Part shown: piece by piece, positions 1 to 11,064 of the stretch | Layout of the letters: each line of letters opens with the position of its first letter | How positions within the stretch are numbered: position 1 is the stretch's first letter | Source of the DNA: Microbotryum violaceum | Taxonomy: Eukaryota | Assembly: GCA_001244265.2 (NCBI GenBank) | Contig: CDLV01000004.1 | Location: 1,922,001-1,986,000 of the forward strand | Reading direction: 5' to 3' | DNA length: 64,000 bases | The notes under the pieces: model-generated | Seen by the model: the letters and a program-made list of their open reading frames with translations, nothing else | The model's database searches: none | Told to the model about the DNA's origin: nothing | Position numbers and translations under genes: made by a program

Positions 1-2487
1 GAAACGAGGTCCAGCAGCATATCTGGAGCTGATCAACTCTCACAACCTGGGTCTAGAGGAAACAGGTCAGTCTCGTCGATTCACGTTGGCCGTTTGCCGT
101 CCCTTGTTCCGTGTCCCATTGCTGATCTCTCGGCTCTCGCTTTCGTAGACTAGATCCGGGACAATATGTCTTGGGCTTACGTTAACGACTGGTCAAATCC
201 CTTCAAATCCGGCTCGACTCTTTCCACATCCTCAAGGGATCGAGCTCAACTCTTTTGCAGTCGTCGAGTCGCGCGTCGACCACCCGTCATTCAGCTCCCG
301 CCGCGCCATTGCCCGACCTGGCTTTTAGCCGATCGACCTCGAGCGACGCAAGGAGGTCGCGATCATCTCCGGTACACGCGAATGATCGCAACGGGGGTGG
401 GCTCTTGACACCAGCGGCACGGTCGGCACGTGGCAGGCTGAGTGGCGCTCAGCTAGGGCTCAAGAAATCGACTTCGCGCGCCTCCTCCGCCGCCGAAGCG
501 ATGCAACCGATGCCCACCAGCAAGGCGGAGAGCTGGAAGGGCAAGGGTGTGGCCCACGACCCCAGCACCCTCGTATTCAGCCCCACCTCGCACGCTGGCG
601 TCGTCAAAGCTGCGAACGCCTTCGTCGTCCTTCCCATCCTGCTCAACAACCCGGGATACAACTACACGCACATTGGTAAAACCAAATCGACCGAACTGCT
701 CGAGGGCCAGCTAAAATTCGAGTTTGGCGTCGTTCGTCGCGCCTACCTTCAGTTCAACCTCGCCTTTACCCTGCCTCGGCTCCCTCTCCGCATCATCGCA
801 AGATGTCGATGACGCGATCAACGCGGAGGTTCGAAGAGTTGTTGGCGATCAACATCCGAAGTGCCTGCGGGAACGCCTCAGAGGTAAACGCCTAGGCGAC
901 ATTGATGGCGAGTTCTCGGTTCAAGACTACGAGTAAGATCGTCCGCTGGTCTCTCGTGGCAAGGAAGCATGCTGACGTCTTTTCCGCACCACAGTTACTA
1001 CTACCTTCCGAACACAAGACTCGCAGCTATTTGGGAGCCTTAACCTCTCGACGTGATCCCAAAAGATCATTATCCTAAACGTCCGACTGCACAAGAGCTC
1101 GCAACTCAGTTTGTTGGAAGCCCAGGCGGCTGTCTCGTACTCATGCCCGCACATCGGGACCGAAATTTTCTTTCAGACGCAAAGGTGCTCGAGTTCTGCA
1201 CGATTCTTCACAAGGGCGAGTTGAAGGAACGTCTGTTCAAGAAACGCGTTGGGGTATCGATCGTCGAGCGCAACGGCATGTTCATTCGGGACATAAATCA
1301 AGGTGATCCGGAGGGTGCAGATATTTATGGTGTGCCTTCTTTTGCCAAAGAGGACCGTCCTGCTCGACTTCGGGGCATGTTCTTCTCCCGAGAAGTAATC
1401 TCTTACGTCGATTCGGCGGCGGACGACTGGCGCGATTTTGCCCGCATCCATGCAGTCACAGCAACCGACGACGACGAGGCCTACAATTCCTTCCCAGCGG
1501 ACGACGGGGACGTCGGTGACTCGAATGCCTGGGACTCCAACCCAAACGACCGCTTCGAGGAAGATCGCAGGGCGAATAAGACGTTTTTGCTCAAGCAATG
1601 GAACCGCATGGTAGACGAGAAGATTGCTCAGCGCAAGGCGGAACAAGATAGCGACGGCGACGATGAGGATGATGACGCTACAGCAGCTTCGCTTGGGAAA
1701 CGCGCCAAGGGTTTGCAAACTGAGAGCAAGAAGAAGAAGAGGAAGACTGGGGGAAAAGCGCAAATGTTGATCGGCGTCAGCGCCAGCGCCCGGGATGACG
1801 ACGACGACGACGACGACGACGCGAGCAAGGATGATTTATCTTCGTCTGGACTTTCGGATTCAAGTGCGGAGAAGCGTCGAGTTCAGAACATCCTCGCGGG
1901 GAACCAAAGGATACAGGAGATGATCCTAAGTCCCGGATCCAAGGGTGAAACGTTACCTCCGCCGCCGAACTTTGGTCCGAAGAGACAGCCAGGGCGATGA
2001 GTTTGAGCAGCAGATGCAATCACTTGCCGACTCAAGGGAACATGCTACCGCTAGCTCTTCGACCGAACCTCCAAACGATCACACTCGCCTTGCTACCCCG
2101 CCCTTGTCGAACGCGCCTTCGGAGATTTCTCCCCCGACGTTCGGAACGAACCTCTCGTCCCCCGCGGCCACAAGACTAACCATGCGTTGTCGTAGACTAG
2201 CGAGTTTGGATTGCAAATATAGACAATAAATTGTAACACGTACCAAATCTTGACTCATGACTCTTGTGCGAGACAGAGACGATCGGCGCATCGGCGACAC
2301 TGCGCGGCTGTTACTTTGTCACTCAGACGAGGTCCAGCTTGGACCATCAATTCCAGCCAATGAGCGATAGGGCACGATTAAAACCCTACCACATTGCAAG
2401 GTTCTCTTCCGACCATCGAACAGCCACTAAATACTTCTGCCGCGCCTCCTCAATCTCAAGAGTATCAGATTCAAAACCATGAACTCG
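1..2487. repeat. Near-identical direct repeat, copy A (copy B at 53106-55591); internal part of an IS3EU-like element, runs off the window start
   Basis: Base 1 aligns to 53106. The ORF track repeats at offset 53105 (166/53271, 1053/54158) and at 53104 after a 1-bp indel near 1990. Near-identity stops after 'ccatgaactcg'. Confidence 0.97.
1053..2000 (+). CDS. Largest exon of a multi-exon hypothetical gene, the second convergent gene of the IS3EU-like element; acidic/basic low-complexity C-terminal part
   Basis: 315-codon ORF with GT..AG introns upstream (e.g. 934-994) and an NLS-like KKKKRK. No recognised domain. Present in both repeat copies. Confidence 0.55.
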   Translation: MIPKDHYPKRPTAQELATQFVGSPGGCLVLMPAHRDRNFLSDAKVLEFCTILHKGELKERLFKKRVGVSIVERNGMFIRDINQGDPEGADIYGVPSFAKEDRPARLRGMFFSREVISYVDSAADDWRDFARIHAVTATDDDEAYNSFPADDGDVGDSNAWDSNPNDRFEEDRRANKTFLLKQWNRMVDEKIAQRKAEQDSDGDDEDDDATAASLGKRAKGLQTESKKKKRKTGGKAQMLIGVSASARDDDDDDDDDASKDDLSSSGLSDSSAEKRRVQNILAGNQRIQEMILSPGSKGETLPPPPNFGPKRQPGR

Positions 2488-3886
2488 GATGTCCTCGAAC
2501 AGCGCTGCCTTCGCTTCTTCGTCCAGCAGTTCGTCGTCCACTTCCGTCACTAGGGCATGCTGATCGCTGTCTTGGCGATCACGTTCCTGATAGTCATCGT
2601 CGTCATCGCCGTACTCCGCGAAATCGAGCTCCGCATTTACACCATCAACGTCGAGATCTTGGAGGAATTGATCGTCAGACAAGTCAAAGCAAAAGCCAGC
2701 CTGCTCGGCTCTGCCTCTGCCTCTCATAGAAAAGGGACAAGCGGGTCTGAGCCACGGAAGACTTGAATGGGATATCTGTTTACTGACCTAAGATGAACAT
2801 CGCCCTTGGCGTTCGGCCTTGATCTCGCATCTGCCCCTTTGGTCGTTTCAGGGTGTGGTGATTCCATACACGGATGAATCGATTGACAGCGGCATGAATG
2901 TATGCGCCGAACGCCAGATGCAGGCAACATTGATGAATAGGGTTGCGATGAACAAGGTGGTGTCGGTTCTCGAGGTCGTAGAAAACGTCGCGTATCGATT
3001 CAATCTGCCAACATCGCACATCTCGCCATAGCCGTTCGATACGCTGATTCCCTATCGAAGTCCCCATGATGTGCGATCCTGAATTTTCAAATTCACGTTC
3101 AGATCAGTCCCTCGGAGCCGATGGAACTGGTCCGACTCACCGCGACCGCAACCTCGAGCTTCTTCCATTAGTCGCATGATCCCAACGTTCTCGCCTCCAT
3201 AATCCGAGCGGACCCGACTTGGCCAACCAAACAACTCTACAGCCTCCTTGAGATATTGAAGCACAGTAGAAGCACGATTGTCACGAGACACACGCATGAA
3301 AGTAATCATGCGTGAGTAGCCGTCAATACAACCGTGAATGACGAATCCCCATCGCGAAAGCTTATGATTACCTGTTGAGAACAAGGAAGTGAAGTTCATC
3401 AGTGTCAGGGACCTGTCAGAAATGAGAGCCAAAGAGAGGTAAAGAGTCTGACCATCGAGGTGCCATAGGCTCATTGGGAAAGGGACGGAATACTCGCGTC
3501 GGACGATTCGCCGAGCCCATCGATCGGTGGTGCCTTGAGGGTCCACTGCTTGAAGAGGAGAGAACGAAGGCGCTTTCGTGCCACCACAACCCCTTCCGAT
3601 TTGAGGATGCCGTCGATACCCGATAATCCGGTGAACTCTGACCCATTTTCTTTGAGCCATTGAACGCGTCGCTCGAGATCGGCGTCACAAATGTCAGTGA
3701 ATCTGCCGGGGGTTTGGTACTCCTTGCGACGCCGCTTGATTGTCTTGGACGAGACCCCGGTAAGCAATGCCATTTGGTGATTTGTGAAGCCCTCCTGCAC
3801 CCATTGAGAAAGCTGCGGAGCTGAGATCTCGTACTTCCATCGACCTGCGGTGGTGCGAGTGAGAGGAAGCGTCGTTGATTCAAGAG
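2386..3886 (-). pseudogene. IS3/IS481-like (IS3EU-type) DDE integrase/transposase, C-terminal part, frameshifted and cut at 3886
   Basis: HTH-like 'FTNHQMALLTGVSSKTIKRR'. Core motifs WHLD^GNHKL (intron 3372-3452), GCIDGYSR, RVRSDYGGEN and NQRIERLWRD. Frameshift near 3555. Acidic tail. Confidence 0.85.
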
Positions 3887-5636
3887 CGGAGGGCCATCGC
3901 AACCTCGCCAAGTCTTGGGCGGCTCAACCCTCCTCTTCGTCCCGCACCGATCAACATAATCAGCCCCCCGGCGCGTCATGACAACAATGCAACCGATCTT
4001 GGCATTGCGACACGTATACGAGCCCGCCGTGCAGCTGTGCAGAACGGACAGCGTCGTCAGCGCGATGGCCAACTCGACGCTGGGCTCGCCCCACCACCAC
4101 CACCTCCGCAAAGGCGAGTGCGCCGGGCTCGAATCGCGCTCAAACCCCTCAAGCCCCACGTTTCGATCCGCGACGACCTCGGCCCGCAGACGGCCGTGTG
4201 CACCCACTGCAAGGCTCAGCACTGGGAACTAGGAGCCACCGTGTTTCGCGTGTTTGGTCGCCTCTACCATCGACTCGGCACCCTGATCCCTGCCGTGAAT
4301 CAATGCCCAGCCTTTGCTCAAACATGGCTGATCAACCCGGCCGAGGCCACCGACACTCGACTTGAACCCGACGGCGCAGACAGTCACATGCAACGATCTA
4401 CTTTGACCAAGCTCGAGTCCATGTTGCGTACCAAGAATCACTTTGTGAGGGAGTTCGCATCGGCCAAAGCTCGCGCAGGTTGGGATACGACCAAAGAGTG
4501 GATCCTGCGCCTCTGCCTCCCGCCAGGCCGGGACCGACGCACCCACAACCCTCCTACGTCGAGCACGGAAATGGCGATGCTTATCTGCGGTTCCGACACC
4601 AACACCGGAGATCGTGGACCGCAAGACCTTATTCTCCAGGTGCACGGTGATCGATGTCCCGATGGTCGGCCCAAGTACCAAACCGTTAGCTCGCTCCATC
4701 CGTCTGCGATGCCTCTCCGGTACCCACTACTCTTCCCGCGGGGAAGATGGCTTCCACCCCAACATTCCTCTTTGCGGTTTCAACCAAGCTGGGCCGCCCA
4801 TCGCCAGAAACCGAGAGCAGATTGACAATGGTGTCCAATTGCGCGAGCTACTTGCCGGTCTCGGTCTGGATGACGAAGACGAACAGGAGGACGAAGACCG
4901 CGACAATGAGGATGAAGACGGCGAGGAAGGGGACGAAGAGGATGGTGATGGCGAACGTACGCGTCTTCGGCTCTTCCTCTGATATTCCATTCTGTCTAAG
5001 GCGCAAGCACAGACTGACATTGAACTTTTGAACATCTAGGACGAAGGTCAAGTAAAGGGGTCGAGGTGGTGAGAGTCGCGTTCACCATTCTTTGCGCACT
5101 ACTTGCCAAACGCGACGAGTACTTCTCAATCCCGCATTGCACCCAACGTCCCTTCCTGGAGTTTGTGATTTACGGATGTACTCCCAAGTCAAGACTGATT
5201 GACTCAACACATCCGGTTGCATCAAGAGAACCTACGCCTCACCACGACCCAAGGCATCAACGGCTTGACCCCGAACCAAATTGCGACATCACGCAGCGCG
5301 ATACCAGGATGCGATGGCGTGCGTTGTCAAACATGGAAAGCCTCCGCTGCTCATCACGATGACGTACGACCCCGACTCACCGGAAATCAAGGCTGCACTG
5401 GGGCCGATAAAGCATGCAACCGTCCGGATCTCATTGCACGAGTGTTTGAAGCCAAGTCCGGCAACAAGCGACATGCAGGCTGTTTCGGCAATGAATGTAA
5501 GATGAATGGATTTTGTTTCTTTGCTGTATTTCGTATTATGTTTTCTTAACCTCTGCGCTGATATCATGTAGACTGTTCGATTATCCTGCTATTTTTTGAA
5601 TTTCATCCTCCCGTTAATTTAACGGGTTCCCACTGG
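3887..5636 (+). mobile_element. Non-autonomous Helitron copy A (3' part), truncated Rep N-terminal region
   Basis: Zn motif CTHCKAQHW, 'FRVFGRLYHRLG..P.FAQ' and 'YQDAMACVVKHGKPPLLITMT' (Helitron Rep motif). 3' hairpin cccgtta-a-tttaacggg at 5610-5626, then CTGG (CTRR) at 5633-5636 followed by T. Homologous to 36064-38114. Confidence 0.9.
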
Positions 5637-5771
5637 TACTTTCTAATCATTTGTCACCAGAGGCAGCTCCTGCCAAAGCTTTTCAAGCGACTGGGGTTCG
5701 CCACGAGCGTCTTCCATGCATACGCCCATATCTGGTCCTGCCAAGTCGAGTTCAACCCCCGCCTCATTCCG

Positions 5772-6279
5772 TTTATTTAATTTATTAGTAGGAATACTAA
5801 TAGTTACTGGTTTAGAATGTTCAAATAATTTAGCTTGTGTAGTAACAGATTCATAAGTTCTACGTAAGACTGTTTCAGCAAATAGCGAAATTTCTTACCC
5901 GATAGCAGATTCTGCACCGGCAATGGCAATAATATAGACGCTGTAGGTTTGACCTACAATATCATCAAAGCTGACACGTTGTTGAGGTGTCTGATTGGGA
6001 AAAGGAACCGTAGAATTACAAGTTATTAAACTTAACTATTCAGTTCTAGATAGCAATATTTTTGCACTTTCAAAGAGTCCAAAGGGCTTACCACGTTCCG
6101 TACACACCACGAAGTTTCATTCAACTTTAACAGCTGAACTTTACACACTTAGAGACTAACTTTTCACCGACGGGGAATATAGTCACATTGAAAGTAGAAC
6201 CTGCAAATCTACTCCCCACCCCGCTTCCTCCTCTTAAAGGATTCTTTTTATGTAACGATGTTTTCATACGCCAGTTCGC
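5772..6279. other. NUMT: mosaic of mitochondrial DNA fragments
   Basis: Abrupt AT-rich block flanked by duplicated TCCG (5768-5771, 6280-6283). Contains a nad4L exon fragment and group I intron motifs. Confidence 0.85.
5897..5975 (-). pseudogene. nad4L: Mitochondrial NADH dehydrogenase subunit 4L exon fragment within the NUMT
   Basis: Translates VSFDDIVGQTYSVYIIAIAGAESAIG, matching fungal Nad4L (FDDxxGQ..IIAIAGAESAIGL). Ends in ...GGGT followed by intron-like 'aagaaatttcgctatttgctgaaa'. Confidence 0.88.
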
Positions 6280-7314
6280 TCCGAACTTCGGGTTGACTGA
6301 TGGAGAGGGCTGTGAGCGATTGTTGAGCGGGCTACGGTCGCTCATTCCGAGGAGTAGCAGCTGTGCGCGCCAAGGATCGAGTCGGTGAGGAGAAAGCGCG
6401 GATCGGCGCCGAGGTGCGGCAAGCTTTGGCTTGGATCGAAGACGAAAAGACTCGTAGCACTAGTTTCCAAACACTTTGGACTAACATGTCGGGTAAGTTT
6501 TCGATACAGCGTGCTCCATAACACCTCTTATGTCGCCCTGGCATCTTTCAAACCATCCCAACAGATACCCTTCCTGAATCGATCGACCCAGCTGATGCCG
6601 AGTCCATATTCGGCACTGAAGATGTTGAAGAGATCTGAGACCGCGCGCTCATTATACTGGATTGCCGGATGGAGCTTTTTCAGCTGCGCGAATGTTCTTG
6701 GTCCCAGGACGACCATTTCTTCAATGTTTGGCTCGACACTCGCGGGCAGTCAGAGGGCGATTCCGAGCCCATGCGTCCTGCACTGTCAGAATTTCGTGGT
6801 TTACATCAGCGATTGAACGCGACGGGAAGGATTGTCGAGAAGGCGAAACATCACCAGCTACCTGCACATAATCGATCGGGAACACGCGGTCCTATTGAGA
6901 CATCTGGCCTCGACTCGGCGCGGCCTGCACCGCTGGCCCGTGACGTTCAGCAAGTGCGGGTCATTCAGGCGCAGATGGATATGAGCGACGAGACTCAACT
7001 CGCAAAGGAGATGGGGCCTTTCTTCGCATAACTCCTCGAGCAGGACGGTGAGATGGGCAGCTCTTCAGATGAAAGCTACGGCGATGACTTCGCTGGTCAG
7101 GAAGACGAATACTTCTCGGACGTTTAGACCAGCTTCTGATGTAAATTGAGTTAGTGGAGCAACTTAATGTTGAAACAATGGACATGGTGTTTGCAAACTA
7201 AAGTCGTCTCAGTTGCGGTAGGTGAGAGTAATAACACCGTCTTATAGGAAGAAATATCGTTAGACCTAATCTCTGGGCTGCGCCTGCCTTACTAGGCTCC
7301 CGCCGGGTGACTGA

Positions 7315-7835
7315 CCGGGTGACTTTTCAATCAAAGTGCATGCAACTGCTCGAGTACCTAGAATGTCTTCCACGTGAAAATAGGTGAGTGGATTTGATCA
7401 ATATAGAGAATGTACCTCTTACCTTCGGACAGGGTTGAATAGCAAAGTTGGCATGTGCGTGCAAGCCCTTCTTCCGAACAAGATGGCTCGGCGGTTTCCC
7501 ATACCAGTGCCGGGTGACTTTTCAATGAAAGCGCATGCAACTGCTCGAGTACCTAGAATGTCTACCACGTGAAAATGGGTGAGGGGGTTTGATCAATATA
7601 GAGAATGTATCTCCTACCTTCGGACAGAGTTGAATAGCAAAGTTGGCATGTGCGTGCAAGCCCTTCTTCCGAACAAGATGGCTCGGCGGTTTCCCTTACC
7701 AGTGCCGAGGGTCATTTCAGTCAAAACGCATGCAACTGCTCGAGTACCTAGAAGGTCTACCCCGTGAAGATGGGTGAGTGGGTTCGATCACTACAGAGAA
7801 TGTATCTTCCTCCGAACAAGACGGCTGGGCGGTTC
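7315..7835. repeat. Tandem repeat, 195-bp unit, about 2.6 diverged copies
   Basis: Units start at 7315, 7510 and 7705 ('ccgggtgacttttcaa...gcatgcaactgctcgagtacctagaa'). The third unit has an internal deletion. Confidence 0.93.
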
Positions 7836-8749
7836 ACTCTCTCTGAGAATTCCCGCTCGAAGGACTCGACTTTCTGCCATGGCGCGGCCAAAGAACCTTT
7901 GCACCAATCCCCATCCCTGCTACTGAGACTTTGCGCGTGTTTTAAGAAAAGCTTGGTGTCAACAAGTCTATGCTTGACGGGAAGTCGGAGATCGTTTTTC
8001 CTCACCTCCTAGACTGCGCACACCGGTGACGAACAAGACCTTTCATGGCGTCAAATCAATTAGATCCGCGCATACAGCAAACAGAGATGATGATGCAATT
8101 ATAACCCTTAGTTAGGAGCTTCAGGAGACCCATCCGGGAAGTCAGGTCAACCATCAGTGGACCGCTCGATGCTGCGACACTCTTCGGACGGCTCTCATGG
8201 CCGACAATACATCAGAGCCCGGGTAATATCATAGAGTCATAATCTGAGAACATGCCTAACTCGAAGATCGCGATGAGAGCTGAATGGCCTCATACCGCCG
8301 AGTCTTTGTACATTCGGATTCACCAGAAATGCCATTGACAATTCATCTTAGTGCGGCGAACTTAATGCAAGAATTCTTTCTGCTTTGAGCACTCACCACG
8401 TGGTCTGAGGATTGGCGGCCTATCTCATTGACGAGAAGGGATGTTTCTCAAGTAAGAGGTAGGTATGAGCGGCCCATCGAGAACTTTCCAGTTTCAGACG
8501 CTTTCAAGTCAGCCGCCGGGTACGGCTGCCGATTTGCCACTGCATCGATTACTGTGTCTCGGAGTCAATTGGGCTTTGTGGTTCAAAAGCCTGTTACAAG
8601 CCTAAGCCTTCCATGTTCTCACCGAATATATTATCGAGTACGACCCGCCTCTCATCAAGCACGTATTTCGTCGCTACTTCGCTACTTACGACTGATTTCC
8701 TACGTGTTCTGCTCCGCTTCATTTGCGCGTTCAGGCTCAGCTTCTTCTA

Positions 8750-10360
8750 GGAGCGCGCGCCGCTTGAAGTCAATCGGCCGGGGGTCGTCACCGTGGCCCA
8801 GCAGTTCTGATTGGCACTTTGGCGAAGACCGAGCCCGGCCAGATGCAACCCTTGCCCGTTCACTTTAGTGCTCATAGATGATAAGAAGATGCTAACATAT
8901 ACTGCAATTTGTGGAATCGCGTTGCGAATTCTGTTCATTCATTCTTTTGCTCAAAGAGTCACTTCCGGAAAGTAGACGCTCCGTCTGGTCCACGGATCAG
9001 GGAGCACTCCATTCTCACTGGGCAATTCAACTCTACATAGTACTTCGAGAACAACCCAGCAGAACAAGAAGGATAACGTTTGTGAGCAGGGTTACGTCCC
9101 TGGCACATCCCTTGTCAACAAGGAGAGGTCGGTCTCGAGCGGCCCAGGAGAAGATTAGGTACGAAGGGCAACGAACAATTACCCTCTCCGCCTTTAGTCA
9201 CCAAGAGCCGGATGCATATGAAGCAAAACTATAAAAGAACGATTGTGGTGGCCTGTGTTGTCCAACGAATTCTGGCCCTTCAACAGCCAAGATCTCCGCA
9301 CCGCATGCGCGTCGACGAGTCCGGCTGGCGCTGAAAGCTCGGCCATCGTCACCTCACTCGCTGTACTCGTCGGAGCTCGTGTTCCGAGTCCGCCGGTCAG
9401 CATCGCTGTTGCCGCCTTCATCGCCGTCAACCATTGCCTGGTCTGCACTTGACCCGATTACCTCTTCCTCCAGCCTGAAGCTCAGCTCGCCTGCACGCAG
9501 CAATGGGATGATCCGATCCAGGTCGTCCCAACAACTTGAGCTTGCTACTCGGGCTTCGGAAATCCGCTTTGCGAAGGAGCGCGCCGCGCTGAACAATGAT
9601 TCTGGCGTTGTCCCTGAGGGCCTTTACGTCATAGGCGAACTTGGGCGATTGGATCTTCTCGCCGTCCAGCACGGAGCGTTGGCGCAGCGCGGACTCTGAA
9701 GACAGCGAGCCGGGTCAAAATTAGGCATGCGTATGGAAGAGTAGGCAGGCTACACTTCTTGTACTCACGGAACAGTTCCTTGAGGATGATGTTGTACCAT
9801 TGGCATTTGGTCTCAACGTTTTTTGTCGGCCACGGGTGCGTTCCAAGCTGTGCGCAGACATTCGCTGATACATCCCTCCCTCCTGATGCGCGGCCTCCCT
9901 CCTCGTCTTGGGAAGCTTGTGCGGCCCGCAACTTTTGACGATCGCGAGCGGAAGTGCAGTATTTGGAAAACCTGCCGCGTCACCCGTGCCGCCAGGATTG
10001 TTCCCTCTTTGTTCGACCATGCTTGCGATGCTTGCGAGATTGATGCTTGCTGGCGGAGCTAGATACGGGCCATCGATGCGTCCATGATCGGGGAACGTTG
10101 GGACGGTAAGCTGGTTGGTTGGACGAAGCAGATCCCGGCGACGATTGATAGGTGTACGACGCAGGATTCGAGATGGCCGTTACGCCAGCGAAAGTGGACG
10201 CTGGATCGGGTGCACGACGGTGTAACGTCAGAACAGACCGATGCTGTACGCGATCGACGCGACGGCCACCCACGGACCCGAATAGTCGTTATATGCGGAC
10301 TGATAGGGAGTCCAAGGCAAGGTGCGCGACTCGTACCTAGAGGCAGCTTATGAACCTATG
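8750..10360 (-). pseudogene. Possible degenerate intron-containing gene of unknown family
   Basis: Overlapping protein-like minus-strand ORF pieces (9980-10273, 9721-10020, 9629-9931, 9427-9672, 9354-9596) with frameshifts and splice-like sites. No motif recognised. Confidence 0.3.
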
Positions 10361-11064
10361 TGTCAGATGTGATTGTGAGCCGGTAGTCCAGGCAGAGCAT
10401 CCGTGTCGATCGGCGGCAAACATACTGCTGTTCATCGCCGGAGCGCAGAACGTTGGCTGCGATTCGGGAGGTGGTTAAGTTGATTGGATTGACTCATCAT
10501 GATAGGAGCAGCAGAAGTATGATTGACCCGGCGTTTCGAAGTGGGCGTTCGTTTCAGACTGTCGCAAGGTGACGGATGCTCATTGTATAGTTCGTTACTT
10601 CGAATACGTAGTAGGGGGCGCTTGGGCAAAGCAAAAGAGTCGTGACGCGTCGACGTCCCGGCCAGTCCCGGCCCCAATTATTCCGCGCGACCCGTGCCGA
10701 ATCACGTGTTCGAGGTAGAGCTCTTGTTCAGCTTGCAGAGGACAATAGTAACTCTCAAAAAATATGCAAAAATCCAAATGCACTATTATTCGCCGACTGT
10801 GCCTTTGTTTCCAGGTTTTCCACCGAGTTGTAGTGGGAGTGAACGTCTCGGTAGCTCGACATCGAGGTAGGCATACCTCAACTGGGCCAAGTCGGCGCGC
10901 TGGCCCGCTGGGGCAGTGACTTGGAAGGCGCGTGAGGGGGCGCTGCGCGCGCGCCTGTTGAGGCGTATTTTTAAGGTCTGCCCGAGGTGAACTTGACTGG
11001 CTTCACCGCTAACTTGGCTCCGCTCGCGCGCTCTACGAAGGAGTCGAATCGCGCGAATAGCAGG

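Larger units (their letters stand above)
5661..7031 (+). pseudogene. KDZ (Kyakuja-Dileera-Zisupton) transposase C-terminal relic, interrupted by a mitochondrial insertion
   Basis: After an AG acceptor at 5660 it reads RQLLPKLFKRLGFATSVFHAYAHIWSCQVEFNPRLIP, then the insert, then NFGLTDGEGCERLLSGLRSLIP. This is the FHAYAHxxxCQ...GLTDGEGxER signature of KDZ transposases. Confidence 0.88.

Noticed and set aside
3875-4825. 316-aa ORF as an intact gene
   Set aside because: It spans the inversion breakpoint and an internal deletion; it is a Helitron Rep fragment.
5772-6279. Spliceosomal intron or functional self-splicing intron in the KDZ gene
   Set aside because: No GT..AG ends, the pieces lie on opposite strands, it includes nad4L coding sequence, and it is flanked by a 4-bp duplication.
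7315-7835. CRISPR-like array
   Set aside because: Whole 195-bp units repeat, with no unique spacers and no cas genes, in a eukaryotic context.
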